A stretch of 64,000 nt of DNA from the NCBI GenBank assembly GCA_965206645.1, contig CBDBKE010000003.1, forward strand, positions 256,001 to 320,000, in the 5' to 3' direction. A program made the position numbers and the translations under genes. The notes beneath the pieces are model-generated. The model saw only the letters and a program-made list of their open reading frames with translations, had not been told where the DNA came from and made no database searches. The number at the start of each line of letters is the position of its first letter. The stretch's first letter is position 1. This document shows positions 1 through 11,783 of the stretch, piece after piece. This stretch comes from Terriglobia bacterium (lineage in GTDB: Bacteria > Acidobacteriota > Terriglobia > JAJPHL01 > JAPKYU01).

Positions 1-50
1 AGGGTTATTTTGCTGCCACCCCGGAGGAGCAGTACCACGGGAGCAGCCTA

Positions 51-398
51 TTGCAAACGGAACTGGAGCGTCACGCAGGGACTTTTCTTTTGCGATTGAA
101 AGGCGACATGCGCCTGTGGGGTAAACCGGACCGCGGAGGGAACATCGTGAAGGCGTTCCGCTCCGTTTTGGAGGACACGCCGGGCCGACTCGTGCTGAGC
201 CTAACCGGTGTGGACCACCTGGATACCCTCGGCATCTCTTCTCTGGTCAAAATTCTGATCGACTGCTCCAAGCACGAGATTGAACTGCGGTTGGTCATGG
301 CAACGGGATTGGCGGGGGAAGCGGTGCGGCGAGTGCATATCTTCGAGCCCTCGCTCGTGTTCCCCGACGAACAGTCGGCCTTGCAGGAGGGAGCTTAA
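51..398 (+). CDS. STAS-domain anti-sigma factor antagonist
   Basis: 115 aa; LVLSLTGVDHLDTLGISSLV matches the STAS motif (DLSGVxYIDSSGLGxL); ends FPDEQSAL. TTG start uncertain. Confidence 0.8.
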   Translation: MQTELERHAGTFLLRLKGDMRLWGKPDRGGNIVKAFRSVLEDTPGRLVLSLTGVDHLDTLGISSLVKILIDCSKHEIELRLVMATGLAGEAVRRVHIFEPSLVFPDEQSALQEGA

Positions 399-475
399 CA
401 AACAGGTATAGGCAGGATATAGGCAGGGTATAGGCCAGAGGAGAGGGAAGCGACGACGGGTAGATATCTTACGTC

Positions 476-1252
476 CTACCGCACGACACCCTCCAGAGGG
501 CTGCTGGCGGAAGCATACAGACGGCGTGGCATACGCCCTGCCAAGTAAGCCAGCCGGCCCGCCTCGACAGCCAGCTTCATTGCATGAGCCATCACTTCTG
601 GCTCCTGGGCCAGGGCCACACCGCTGTTCATCAGAACGGCGTCGGCTCCCAGTTCCATGGCCACGGCAGCGTCGGAGGCCGTGCCCACGCCGGCGTCCAC
701 GATCAGCGGCACTTCGGTAATCATCTCGCGCAGAATGCGGAGGTTGGAAACGTTCTGGATCCCCATGCCGGAGCCGATGGGTGCCCCCAAGGGCATTACA
801 GCAGCGGCTCCGGCGTCAATCAACCGCCGTGCTGCCACCAGGTCGTCGTTGGTATAGGGCAGCGCGACGAAGCCTTCCTTCACCAGCACGCGGGTGGCTT
901 CCAGCAGACCAAAATTGTCGGGGAACAGGGTCTTTTCATCGCCAATCACTTCCAGCTTGATCCAGTGCGAGAGGCCCACTTCCCGTGCCAGGCGGGCGGT
1001 CCGGATGGCCTCGTCGGCGGTGTAGCAGCCTGCCGTGTTCGGCAAGATGAAGTACTTCTTGGGATCAATGTAGTCCAGCAAGGACTCGCGAGAGCGGTCG
1101 GTCAGGTTCACCCGGCGAATCGCCACAGTGACCATTTCGGCGCCGGTGGCTTCCAGGCAGCGAGCCATCTGGTGGAAGCTGGCGTACTTGCCCGAGCCGA
1201 TGATGAGCCGCGAACGGAACTGGCGGTCAGCGATCTTCAGTGCCATGTCCAT
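476..1252 (-). CDS. thiG: Thiazole synthase
   Basis: [61 protein letters not shown] are hallmark ThiG motifs. Confidence 0.97.
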   Translation of the reverse strand: MDMALKIADRQFRSRLIIGSGKYASFHQMARCLEATGAEMVTVAIRRVNLTDRSRESLLDYIDPKKYFILPNTAGCYTADEAIRTARLAREVGLSHWIKLEVIGDEKTLFPDNFGLLEATRVLVKEGFVALPYTNDDLVAARRLIDAGAAAVMPLGAPIGSGMGIQNVSNLRILREMITEVPLIVDAGVGTASDAAVAMELGADAVLMNSGVALAQEPEVMAHAMKLAVEAGRLAYLAGRMPRRLYASASSPLEGVVR

Positions 1253-1424
1253 AGGCCTATTGTATGCCTGCGGCCGCAGTGAGGCAAACTACCCAGCCAA
1301 GCCCAGAGGCCAACGAAGCCCGGAGACCGGTGGCAGCCGGGTGCGCCAGATCTAGCAGACTGGCACACCTGTGCCACTCCGGGCCAGTGCACCAAGGTCC
1401 TGGGACACTTTTACCTCAAGACCG

Positions 1425-1468
1425 TTGACTTGGAACGGGGAATTCTGCTATATGTTCCGCGGTATAAT
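1425..1468 (+). promoter_or_regulatory. Putative sigma70 promoter of iscA/erpA
   Basis: TTGACT at 1425-1430, TGCTATATG at 1446-1454 and TATAAT at 1463-1468, upstream of RBS GAGAGGGG. Confidence 0.45.
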
Positions 1469-1502
1469 TGATTTGTTTGCCGTTACGAGAGGGGAAGAAC
1501 CA

Positions 1503-1826
1503 ATGATTCAACTGACTGATATGGCGGTCTCCAAAGTAAGGGAAATCCTGGACCAACAGTCGCCTCGTCCGGCGGGACTGCGCATCGCCGTAGTGGGCGG
1601 TGGCTGCTCGGGGTTCTCTTACCATATGGCCTTCGACAACCAGTCCAACGGGACCGACAAGGTGCTGGATTATGAGGGACTGAAGATCTTCGTGGACCAG
1701 GCCAGCCTGCTTTACGTGGACGGGACCGAGGTCGATTACGTGGAAAGCTTGGAAGGCGCCGGGTTCAAGTTCAACAACCCGAACATCAAGAGCACTTGCG
1801 GCTGCGGTAGCTCGTTCAGCGTTTAG
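1503..1826 (+). CDS. A-type Fe-S cluster carrier (IscA/ErpA/HesB family)
   Basis: LRIAVVGGGCSGFSY and NPNIKSTCGCGSSF; start placed at ATG 1503 after the RBS. Confidence 0.95.
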   Translation: MIQLTDMAVSKVREILDQQSPRPAGLRIAVVGGGCSGFSYHMAFDNQSNGTDKVLDYEGLKIFVDQASLLYVDGTEVDYVESLEGAGFKFNNPNIKSTCGCGSSFSV

Positions 1827-2187
1827 CCAGTCCGGCAAACGCTTCGCGGTCACAACTTCTTCGTGGCCCTAGGCTTGAGGTAAGCGAGAAGGTTTACCAT
1901 GGGCCTGGGGCTTCCGTTTTTTCCTTTCTGCCTTGTTTCTTCACTGTCATGTGAGCGAAGGAAATTGGGCGCTAGCCTGAGGGGCCGATTGCTGGCGCAC
2001 TGGGCTCCTGCAGTTGGACTGCGCACCGAATCGTCGACCGGTCAGGGACCGCGCCCGATGCTTTTCCAAAGCCGGCTACACGTTCCTGTACGGAGGCCGG
2101 GAGACGCTAAGATTTTCACCCGTTGCACGCTCTTCTACCGTTGCTGCCTGCCTGATCCGACTCCAACTTCACATCGGCCTTTCTGGT

Positions 2188-2216
2188 TTGACATGGGCTA
2201 AGTGGGCTTCTAGAAT
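2188..2216 (+). promoter_or_regulatory. sigma70 promoter
   Basis: TTGACA-17 nt-TAGAAT, near consensus, upstream of the PilZ gene. Confidence 0.6.
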
Positions 2217-2263
2217 CGGGCTCGTGTGGTTGGAATCGAGCAGCAGGCCATCACGGGTGACAC

Positions 2264-2590
2264 TTGTCTTCGGCTGAAGCGCGCAGAAGTCCGCGAGTTC
2301 TGGCCCAGATTTCGATCCTGATCACAGGAGAGGGACCCCTGTACAACGGCCACACCGCGGTGGTCAACCGCCACGGGGCCATGGTCTTGTGTCCCGAGAA
2401 CTATCCCCTCCAGACCGTGCTAGAGATCCAGAATTTGGCTAGCGACCAGTGTGCCAAGTGCCGGGTAGTTTGGCTTGGCGGGGAAGACCGGCCGGGGACC
2501 TACAAGCTGGGAATCGAGCTGGTCGAGGAACTGCCGGAGTTCTGGAGGGTGGATTACCAGAGTGCCATTCCAGCGCCGCCGCCTTCGTAG
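2264..2590 (+). CDS. PilZ-domain protein
   Basis: RRSPR (RxxxR), VNRHGA (D/NxSxxG-like), CRVVW and LGIEL. Confidence 0.75.
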   Translation: MSSAEARRSPRVLAQISILITGEGPLYNGHTAVVNRHGAMVLCPENYPLQTVLEIQNLASDQCAKCRVVWLGGEDRPGTYKLGIELVEELPEFWRVDYQSAIPAPPPS

Positions 2591-2697
2591 CGCTCCCCCT
2601 AAGGTCCCTAATTTCAGGAAACTACCCCAACTCCCTTTCGCTTGCAGACAGAAAGCGGCGGCGATAAAATCAACCTCCCCGGTTCTGCGTGCGACCA

Positions 2698-5600
2698 ATG
2701 ACCCGGCATTCTCACCGGATTCTGTTTGTGGTGCTGTGGACGGCAGCGTTCGCCACCGCCGCCAGTGCGCAGGTGATTTCGACTGTTGTCGGCAACATTT
2801 CCGCAGCCGACGGCCTCCAGGCGCGCGAGACTCCTCTGGTCATTCCCCGCGCCGTGACTGTGGACCAGGACGGCTTTATTTACATTGCTGATGACGGCAG
2901 CGGCACGGTACGCCGCATTGACCCGATCACCGGCATTGCCACCGTCATTGCTGGCGGCGGGACTGTGGTGGATGACCTGATCCCGGTCCCCGGCAAGTCA
3001 GCCTTTCTGAACAGCCCTGTGGGGGTAGGTATTGGCGCAGATCGGAACCTCTACATTGCCGATGACGGGAACAATCGTGTCCGGCTATTGACCTCCGATG
3101 GGTTTCTGACGACCGTAGTCGGCAACGGCAGCTCTGGCTTCTCCGGAGACGGCGGTCCCGCTACGCGCGCGCAGTTGTTCCTGCCCACAGGAGTCGCAAC
3201 GGATTCGGCTGGGAACCTCTACATCACCGACCGCGGGAATGAGGCCATCCGCAAGGTGGACGCCGCCAGCGCCGTGATCACGACGATTGCTGGGGGCCCC
3301 AACGCCAACAGTTTTAGCGACGGCATTCCGGCCACTGCGGCCAGGCTCTTCAGCCCATACGGGATCGCCGTGGACGGGGCCGGCAATGTTTTCTTTGCCG
3401 ACGAAGACGACCACCGGGTGCGCAAGATTGAGGCGGCCACCGGCCTGATCCGCACCGTGGCGGGTACCGGTTTTTCGGGGACCAGCGGCGACGGCGGGCC
3501 GGCGACTTCGGCCAACCTTCTGTCGCCCAGCGGCGTGGCAGTGGCGCCCAACGGCGACCTCTACATCGGTCATAGCGGCCGGGTGCGCAAGGTGGACGCA
3601 GGCACGGGCGTGATTACGACCGTCCTGGGCGGCGGTAATTTCATCCTGAGCGAGGGACGTCCGGGAACGGACGTCTTCATACCGAGTTCGATCCGGCACA
3701 TGTTCCTGACTCCGGCAAACGTTCTTCTCCTAGCTCTCACTGGGGACAACCTGATCGGGCAGCTCAACCTGACTACCGGCATCTTCAGTATTCTGGCCGG
3801 AGACCCGCTGCGAGTGGGTGACGGCGGGCTGGCGCAGACGGCGGCTGTCGCCCAACCACATCAACTGACCCTGGATGCCACGGACAACCTCTATATTGCC
3901 GACAAGTTCCATCACCGGGTACGGCGCGTCTCGCCGGGAACCGGAGGGTTGGGAACCGGGACCATCACCACCGTGGTGGGAGACGGGTTTCCCGCGTTTG
4001 CCGAAACCAGCGGGCCGGCTGCCAGCACTTCCATTACCTTCCCGGAGGGGGTCTTTGTGGATGCGAGCAACCGGGTGTACTTCACCGACAATTTCCGGCG
4101 CGTCCGCATGGTCGATTCCGGCGGGATGCTCCAGACGGTGCCTGGCCTCAGGACCGTCGGCTTTTCTGGCGACGGCGGCCCAGCGATCGAGGCTGAACTG
4201 AACACTCCCCGCGGCATGACGATGGACAGCGTCGGCAACCCGTATATTGCCGACACGTTCAACGATAGGGTGCGAACGATTGATCCCAACGGAATCATCC
4301 AGACGATTGCCGGAACTGGAGAATTCGGCTTTTCCGGCGATGGCGGGCCGGCCACGCAAGCCCAGATCAATGGGCCGTACGATTTGCTGCTGGACGACAA
4401 CGGAGGCCTGCTGATCGCGGACCACTTCAACCATCGCGTGCGGCGCATGGATTTGTCCACGGGGATCATCACCACCTTTGCCGGCAATGGGCGTTTCGCC
4501 TACAGCGGCGACGGGGGACCGGCGACCGACGCCGGTGTCTCCAGGCCCCGGGGCCTGGCCATGGACGGGCAGGTAATGTGCTGATCACCAGCATCAACAC
4601 CGTGCGCCGGGTGGATGCGGCCACCGGCATCATCAGCACCGTCGCCGGCGCCGGCGACCCGGGGTTCCGGGGAGATGGAGGGCTGGCCACTCTGTCGCGC
4701 CTGAGTGGCGCGCAGGGCATCGTAGTGGGCAGCGCGGGCGACGTGATTTTTTCTGACGGCGTGAACAACCGCATTCGGCGCGTCTCGGCGGTCGTAGTGG
4801 TGCCCATGCTGGCAGTGAGCCCTACCACACTTTCCTTCCGGGCCCTGGAAGGAGGTCAGTCGCCGGCCGGGCAGAGCCTCCAGGTGAGTACCAGCAACCT
4901 GGCCAGCACCTCCTGGACGGCTTCAGTGCAACTGGCCAGCGGCTCGGGCTGGTTGACAGTCCAACCGATCTCCGGCATGACGCCTGCTGTCGTGCAGATC
5001 GCGGTGAACTCTTCGGGGCTCCCCGCTGGCACGTTTACCGGAAGCATCACAATCACCGCGGCCGGCGCAACCAACTCACCTCAGACGGTCTCGGTCACTC
5101 TGACCGTGGAGCCGGGCGGCAGTCCAAAGCTGGCGTTGGACCCGCAATTCCTCACCTTCCGGGCGACGCAGGGTGGGGCCGACCCTCCGCCGCAAACGGT
5201 AACGTTAACCAATGCCGGCGGCGGCGTGTTGCAGTGGTCCGGCACGGTTCAAGCCAGTGGCGGCAACTGGCTCTCGGTTTCCCCTGGCAGCGGTACCGGC
5301 GCGGCCACGTTGACCCTGTCGGCCACGCTGGGTTCGTTGCCCGCCGGTGTCTACCAGGGCCTGTTACTGGTGACCAATCTCAGCGCGGGTGAAAGCCTGG
5401 CAGTCTCGGTGGCGTTCATTGTGAGCGAACCGGTCTCTTCGCTGCTGCTGAGCCAGACCGGGGCCTTGTTTACGGTGAACGAAGGCGGTTCGTTTGTCCC
5501 GCCGGGGGACGTGCTGGTGGTGAACGCGGGCCAGGGGGGGATGATCTGGCAGGCCGAGGTCCTGCCCCTTTCTGGCGGGAACTGGCTGGGGCTATCCGCG

Positions 5601-7208
5601 GCTTCCGGAAGCAGCGCTCCGGATCTGGCTGCGGCGTTGCAATTGTCGCCGAGCCCGGCCGGGCTGAGTCCCGGCGTCTACGATGCGCTGGTGCAGGTCT
5701 CCGCCTCCGGCGCCACCAACTCCCCGCAGTTGCTGTTGGCCCGGCTCCAGGTGCAGCCCAGCGGGACTGCGCCGGTGGGCAGCATCCGTCCCGGTGGCAT
5801 TGCGCTGGTCGGTGAGTCTGGCGGGGCGATACAACAGGGTTCGCTGACGGTCAGCACTACAGGCGGGGCAACGCTGAGCTATGCGACTTCCGCCAGCACC
5901 TCCGACGGCGCCCTCTGGCTTTTGGTCTCCCCGCCCGGCGGCAGCCTGCAAGGTTCCGCCGACCGCAGCACCATCAACGTGCAGGCTAACCCAGCCCAAC
6001 TGTCGCCTGGCGTCTACCGGGGCAAAGTGGCGGTGGCCTTCAGCACGGGCGTCACCCAGGACGTCAGCGTGTTGCTGGTGGTGACGCAGCAGGGTGCCGC
6101 AGCAGTGGCCAGCCGGCAGTCGTACGCGGGGGCTGGACTGGCACAGGCCGCCTGCACTCCTACCCAGCAGTTCCCGCTCCAGGTTGCCCTGACCAATGGC
6201 AGCAGCGTGCCCACGGGATTTGGCACGGTGGTGCAGGTTACCGTCCTGGATGACTGCGGCATGACAGTGAATAACTCGGTGGTGGTTGTCCAGTTCGGCA
6301 ACGGTGACCCGGCCTTGGTCCTGGATCCCAAGAAGAGGGTTGGTCCCGGCCTCTATTCGGGAACGTGGAAACCGGGGCAACAGGGCGCGACCAAAGTCAC
6401 CGTGCAAGCCACCGGCAGCGGCTTGGCGCCAGGCCAGACGGATCTGCAGGTTGAGATTTCCGTGCAGGGCGCCGCCCTGACGAGCCCGGAGATTTCCACC
6501 AACGGCGCGGTGCATGGCGCCCATTTCAATCTCATCGGCGGGGTCAAGCAGGTCGCCCCGTTAGCGCGAGGCCAGATTTTTTCGGTGTTTGGCACGCGAC
6601 TGGCCACCGGGCGCAGCTTCGCTGACCGGGTCCCGTTGCCACGCTCGCTGGCGGGGGTCACCGCCAAGCTGGCCGGCACCGACGTGCCTTTGTTCTTCTC
6701 CGACACCGGGCAGTTAAACGCGCAGATCCCCTTTGAACTGCCGTCCGGCGGCACCTTCCCGCTTGTGATTACCATGGGCGGGCTGGGCAGCACGCCCGAA
6801 CTGATCACCTTGACGAACACGCAGCCAGGCATCTTTACGGTTGCCCAAAGCGGGAGCGGTCCCGGAGTCATCACCGACGCGCCGGGCACCCTGATCGATA
6901 CCGCGAATCCCGCCCAGCGCGGCCAGGTCGTGATCGTCTACGCCACCGGCCTGGGGCCCACCAACCCTACAGTGCCCACCGGAGAGGCTACCCCCTTCGG
7001 CATGCTGGCGCGGGCGGTAGACGGCGTGACCGTAGCCGTCGGGGGTGTTCCGGCGACTGTGGATTTTGCAGGGCTGACCCCAGGCTTTGTTGGGCTCTAC
7101 CAGGTTAACGTTCGTATCCCGGACAACGCGCCGTTGGGCGATGAGGTGGAACTCTTTCTGGAACAAAACCAGATCCGAAGCAACACGGTGACCCTGGTGA
7201 TTCAGTAG
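2698..7208 (+). CDS. Large secreted NHL-repeat/BACON-like/Solibacter-type C-terminal-domain (TIGR03437-like) protein, split by a 1-nt frameshift near 4567-4570
   Basis: Signal peptide; many GFSGDGGPA..A.L..P.G NHL repeats; WLxVSPxSG Ig-like repeats; C-terminal QLNAQIPFE, PGIFT, FAGLTPGFVGLYQVNVRIP..SN. ORFs 2689-4584 and 4578-7208 join as MDG[A]GNVLIT when one G is added. Confidence 0.85.
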
Positions 7209-7419
7209 GCTCCGGCCCGGCTCCGTCGCCTTCCCAAACCTTGCCCTGTGAATTCGTGGTGGCGGCTAGAGCTTCGCGAGGGAGCAAGCGTACTCGTGGA
7301 CAACGCCAGGCTGCTGGAAACAATCGCGTGGGACACAGGCGCAGACACCCGATGGATTAACCACGAAACCTGGCTTGGTTAACCACAAAAAGGGATGTAC
7401 CCCTTCAAAAACCTTTTAG

Positions 7420-9067
7420 CCCGGATTTCCTTTTTGAAAACGCAGCGGCAACCTTCAGCTAACCTCCAACGTCAATATTGATACTGGTTGCAGCATCAAT
7501 CGGAGCGTTCGGAGGCGTAAACCCAATGGGTGAGAGCGGAAAACAGGGATTTCAGCTGTCGTTCAACCGATTTCTGCGAGTCGGATTTCAGGGATCACGG
7601 GTGACTTCCAATGGTGGACTGATTCTGGTCCGGGAGTTGGATGAGCGTCTGGGATTCAGCGAACTCATTGACGAGCACCTGACCGATTCGCGGGCAAACA
7701 ATGCTCGGTTTTCTTTCGCGGACTTGCTGCGGCAGTCGGTCTACAGTCGCCTAGCTGGATACGAGGATGTAAATGATGCCGAGCGGCTGTCGCAAGACCC
7801 GACCTTTCGGCTGATTGGTTCAGAGAAGACTTGGGAACGAGGCGCGGCGCTGACCTCCAGGTTGCAAACTTTCGAGACGGAGATGCTGGCGAAGGTGGAG
7901 AACTTCGTCGGGTTAGCCCGGATCAACCGGGAACTGATCGGAAAGGTCGAAGCCTTCCAGTGGCACTACCGAGCGGTGCTGGATATGGACTCAACCGAGA
8001 TTCCGGTCTACGGGGAGCAGGAACAGAGCGCCTACAACGGACACTTCGAGTCCACTTGCTATCACCCGCTGCTTTTGTTCAATCGAGACGGCGACTGTCT
8101 GGCGGCCCAGCTCCGTCCGGGCAACGCGCACAGTGCCGAGGGTTGGGAGAAACTCCTGTTGCCCGAGATTGAGCGCCAGCAAAGAATGGGAAAAGAGATT
8201 GCGTTTCGGGCGGACGCGGCCTTTGCCAAGCCGGAGGTGTACGAGGCATTGGAGGAACGGGGTGTGAAGTACGCAATTCGCATCCCGGCCAACGATATTC
8301 TGCAGCGAGACATCGAAGAGCTACTGAAACGCCCCGTGGGAAGGCCCACCAAGAAACCGCTGGTCGAGTACAAGGGGTTCTTGTACCAGGCAGCCGGTTG
8401 GAAGACGGCTCGAAGGGTGGTGGCGAAAGTAGAGCATCATTCCGGGGAGTTGTTCCCGCGAGTGGGGTTCATTGTAACGAATCTGACGCTGCCGAATCGG
8501 GCGGTGGTGCGATTCTATAACAAGCGCGGCACCGCAGAACAGTGGATCAAGGAAGGCAAGCAGGCGGTGAAGATGACGCGGCTCAGTTGCCACAAGTTCC
8601 GATCTAACGAGGTACGGCTTTGGCTGACGATCATCGCCTACAACCTGGGCAACTTGTGGCGACGGCTAGTGCTGCCACAGAGAATCGAGAAGTGGTCCTT
8701 GACGAGCCTCCAGCAGCGGCTGGTGAAAACCGGAGGACGGCTCGTAAAACACGCACGGTACTACTGGCTCCTGCTGGCCGAGGGCCATTTGACCCGACGG
8801 CTGTTTGCCAGCATGCTGGGGCGGATCGATGGATTGGCACTCCCGTCGGGATAGCCTGGGCTACGGCACACAAGAAAACGATGCCGCTATCCCCCAGGTA
8901 TGGAGAGTTGTCTGAAAAAGCTGGGTTTGGATGCTGATTGGACGGTTTTAGGGGACCCCGAAAGGGACGCTCGGAGCCGATGGTCCTCTCGGAGAAAACA
9001 TTGTACTCGCTGGGACGCAGATGCTTGTATATTTTCAATCGCCGCAAGGCCAAAAAGGAAATTCCGG
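7420..9067 (+). mobile_element. IS1380-family element, intact
   Basis: Terminal IRs CCCGGATTTCCTTTTTG (7420-7436) and CAAAAAGGAAATTCCGG (9051-9067); 5-bp direct repeat TTTAG on both sides. Confidence 0.92.
7526..8854 (+). CDS. IS1380-family DDE transposase
   Basis: TSNGGL, GYEDVNDA..L..DP, LDMDST, RADAAF, FYNKRGTAEQWIKEGK. Confidence 0.93.
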   Translation: MGESGKQGFQLSFNRFLRVGFQGSRVTSNGGLILVRELDERLGFSELIDEHLTDSRANNARFSFADLLRQSVYSRLAGYEDVNDAERLSQDPTFRLIGSEKTWERGAALTSRLQTFETEMLAKVENFVGLARINRELIGKVEAFQWHYRAVLDMDSTEIPVYGEQEQSAYNGHFESTCYHPLLLFNRDGDCLAAQLRPGNAHSAEGWEKLLLPEIERQQRMGKEIAFRADAAFAKPEVYEALEERGVKYAIRIPANDILQRDIEELLKRPVGRPTKKPLVEYKGFLYQAAGWKTARRVVAKVEHHSGELFPRVGFIVTNLTLPNRAVVRFYNKRGTAEQWIKEGKQAVKMTRLSCHKFRSNEVRLWLTIIAYNLGNLWRRLVLPQRIEKWSLTSLQQRLVKTGGRLVKHARYYWLLLAEGHLTRRLFASMLGRIDGLALPSG

Positions 9068-9093
9068 TTTAGTTAAGTGGGCACCAGGCGGAA

Positions 9094-11766
9094 TTAACTT
9101 CTGGTAATGAATTCATCCAAATTCAGGAGGAGTCGGCAAACCCCGAGCCAGGCCGCTGCCTCTGCAGGGTCGATCCCTTCAAGCTCGATCGCGGGGAATA
9201 GACTGTCCACCAATTCTCTCTTTTCCTCCAGAATATCTTTCTGCTGCTGGTAATAGCCAACCAGGCGAGCTTTTTCCTGCGGTCGGGGTTCTCGTCCCAG
9301 GGAGAGTCGGAAAGCGTAATTCAGCCGGTCATTCCAACTGCCTCGCTCCTCCCGCAAGATCCTGATGGCCATCACCTGGGCCGCTTCTACAAATACCGGA
9401 TCGTTGAGAAGGTTCAGCGCCTGCAAGGGCGTGGTAGACCGTTCTCGCCGGGTGCAGGACAACAGAGCATCCGGCGCATCAAAATTGAGCAATTGCGGGT
9501 AGGGGGTGGTGCGCAGGAACATCGTGTAAAGGCCCCGGCGATAGCGGTCCGCTCCTGTGCTTTCTATCCATTTCTCCGGACCGCCACCAAAACCCAACTC
9601 GATCACCCCCGGGGGTTGGGGCGGGCGCACGCTCTTACCCCCGATCGCGCGATTCAGCAGCCCGCTGGCGACCAATGTCGAATCGCGGACCAATTCTGCT
9701 GGCAGACTGAGGCGTACCTGACGGGCGAGCAGCTTGTTATAAGCATCGCGCTCCCGTAAATCGTCTCTCACGTTCGAGGATTGGCGGTAGGTGGCCGACT
9801 CCACGATGAGCCTATGCATCCGCTTCATGTTCCAGCCGCTCGCCATGAATTCCGCAGCCAGCCAATCCAGCAGTTCCGGGTGTGTGGGCCGATCTCCCCG
9901 GGTGCCAAAGTCCCCGGAAGTTCCTACCAGTCCGCGACCAAAGAACTCCTGCCAGGCGCGGTTGACCCAGACCCGCGCGGTGAGCGGGTTGTCCTTCGAA
10001 ACCAGCCACCGGCCCAGGGTGAGTCGGGAAGGACTGGCATCCTGGGCAGGGGGATTCAGTACTGCTGGCGTGGCGGGTTGGACCTCAATTCCGGGGTTCC
10101 GATGATCACCTCGGATCAAAATGTGCGTCTTGGGAGGATCAGGATTCTCGACGAGAATTTGAGCTTCACTCAGCCCCGGATACTGCTCCTTCAGTGTATC
10201 CAATTTGCCCTTGAGTTCCTTAAATTTCAATTCCTCGTACTTCTTACGGCCAAACGTTTCCCCAACAGTCCCAACGAATTGGTCCGTCAGCCTATCTCTT
10301 TGCTTCGGCGTTCGTAAGCCAGGGTCGAGCTTCAGTATCTGCTGCCCGCCGGCGAATTCGGTTCCTAAAAGGTCCCAGGCGATGTCATAGGAAGGATCCA
10401 CCCCTGGATTCGCCCCGGCTGCCAGCGTTTTCCGTTCCCAGTCGGGTTGTAATTCCAGAACTTTGTATTCCTCTAACAATACCTTTCTCTTGTTGTCATA
10501 TTCTGGTCTGCCTTGCAGGTAAGCGCCCAATTCCCACGAGAGAGGAGCCTCGATATTCTGTTCACTGGCGCGGTCAAAAAACGCAAATAACTGATAAAAT
10601 TCTTTCTGGGTAAGCGGATCATATTTGTGATCGTGACAGCGCGCGCAGCCGACCGTCATGGCAAGCCAGACGGTACCCAGCGTCGAGGTCCGATCCACGA
10701 CCTGTTCCACGCGATACTCCTCCAGGTCAATTCCCCCTTCCCGGTTGGTCAGGGTGTTACGAAGAAATCCAGTGGCAATCTTTTGTCGGATCGTGGCATT
10801 GGGCAACAAGTCTCCGGCGATTTGCTCGACGGTGAATTCGTCGAACGGCATATTTCGATTCAGCGCCTGAATTACCCAATCGCGCCATTGCCAGGCATGG
10901 GGTCGTACACGGTCCGTTTCATACCCGTCACTGTCGGCGTAATGCGCTAAGTCGAGCCAGTGCCGCGCCCATTTCTCTCCATAGTGCGGGGAGGCCAACA
11001 GGCGGTCCACCAGCCGCTCATACGCATCCGCGCGCTTGTCGGCCAGAAACTGGGCAATTTCCTTCGGGGTTGGAGGTAAGCCGACGAGATCGAAACTGAT
11101 ACGCCGGATCAAAGTCACCCGGTCTGCTTCCTGGGACGGCTCGATCCCCTCGGCCTCGAGCTTGGCCAGGACAAACGCATCAATTGGATTGCGAACCCAG
11201 GCCTGCCTACGAACATTGTTACGCAACTTGGGAAGGGGAGGGCGCTGCGGCGGGAGGAACGCCCAGTGCTTGCTCCTCGCCTCCGGTACTTTCTTCGCGG
11301 GTGCGCCCGCCCCCGGGCCCTCCTCCGGGACGGAAGCAACTTCTTCGGGCCACTTAGCTCCCTGGTCGATCCACGCGCGTAGCAAACCTACCTGCTCCGG
11401 GGTGAGCCGTTCCCCCACCATCGGCATGATCAGATCTTTTTTCAGCCCAGCAACCAGGTGAATCAGCTTGCTTTCGGCGCTGTTGCCCGGCTTGATCACC
11501 GGCCCCGCGTAGCCTCCGGCCATCGCGGCAACCTTTTCATCCAGGCGTAGACCACCCATCTGTTGCTTCGGGCCATGACAGGAGTAGCAGGTCTCTTTAA
11601 ACAGGGGCTCGACGTCCCGTGAAAAATCAACCTGGGTCTTTGCCGCAGGAGGCAGGGCCTGGATGTCTATTCCCCGGGCCAACTGGGGAATGTAAGGGAT
11701 TCCTAGAAGGAAAAGCACCGCTACACTTGCGGTGAAGATCTTTCGGGACATGGGAATGAAATCCAA
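9094..11766 (-). CDS. Planctomycete-type cytochrome c + DUF1549 + DUF1553 (PSCyt/PSD1) protein
   Basis: CYSCHG and CARCHDHKYDP haem motifs; NPIDAFV, SPHYGEKWARHWLDLAHYADS, NPLTARV, STTPLQALNLLND, LLNLDEFIT. Confidence 0.9.
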   Translation of the reverse strand: MDFIPMSRKIFTASVAVLFLLGIPYIPQLARGIDIQALPPAAKTQVDFSRDVEPLFKETCYSCHGPKQQMGGLRLDEKVAAMAGGYAGPVIKPGNSAESKLIHLVAGLKKDLIMPMVGERLTPEQVGLLRAWIDQGAKWPEEVASVPEEGPGAGAPAKKVPEARSKHWAFLPPQRPPLPKLRNNVRRQAWVRNPIDAFVLAKLEAEGIEPSQEADRVTLIRRISFDLVGLPPTPKEIAQFLADKRADAYERLVDRLLASPHYGEKWARHWLDLAHYADSDGYETDRVRPHAWQWRDWVIQALNRNMPFDEFTVEQIAGDLLPNATIRQKIATGFLRNTLTNREGGIDLEEYRVEQVVDRTSTLGTVWLAMTVGCARCHDHKYDPLTQKEFYQLFAFFDRASEQNIEAPLSWELGAYLQGRPEYDNKRKVLLEEYKVLELQPDWERKTLAAGANPGVDPSYDIAWDLLGTEFAGGQQILKLDPGLRTPKQRDRLTDQFVGTVGETFGRKKYEELKFKELKGKLDTLKEQYPGLSEAQILVENPDPPKTHILIRGDHRNPGIEVQPATPAVLNPPAQDASPSRLTLGRWLVSKDNPLTARVWVNRAWQEFFGRGLVGTSGDFGTRGDRPTHPELLDWLAAEFMASGWNMKRMHRLIVESATYRQSSNVRDDLRERDAYNKLLARQVRLSLPAELVRDSTLVASGLLNRAIGGKSVRPPQPPGVIELGFGGGPEKWIESTGADRYRRGLYTMFLRTTPYPQLLNFDAPDALLSCTRRERSTTPLQALNLLNDPVFVEAAQVMAIRILREERGSWNDRLNYAFRLSLGREPRPQEKARLVGYYQQQKDILEEKRELVDSLFPAIELEGIDPAEAAAWLGVCRLLLNLDEFITRS

Positions 11767-11783
11767 AAGAAAACCTGGGCCTC

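Noticed and set aside
402-436. Three imperfect AGGCAGG(A/G)TAT repeats between convergent genes
   Set aside because: Short and degenerate, with no supportable function.
1253-1420. TPP riboswitch upstream of thiG
   Set aside because: No GCTGAGA or other TPP core found on the minus strand.
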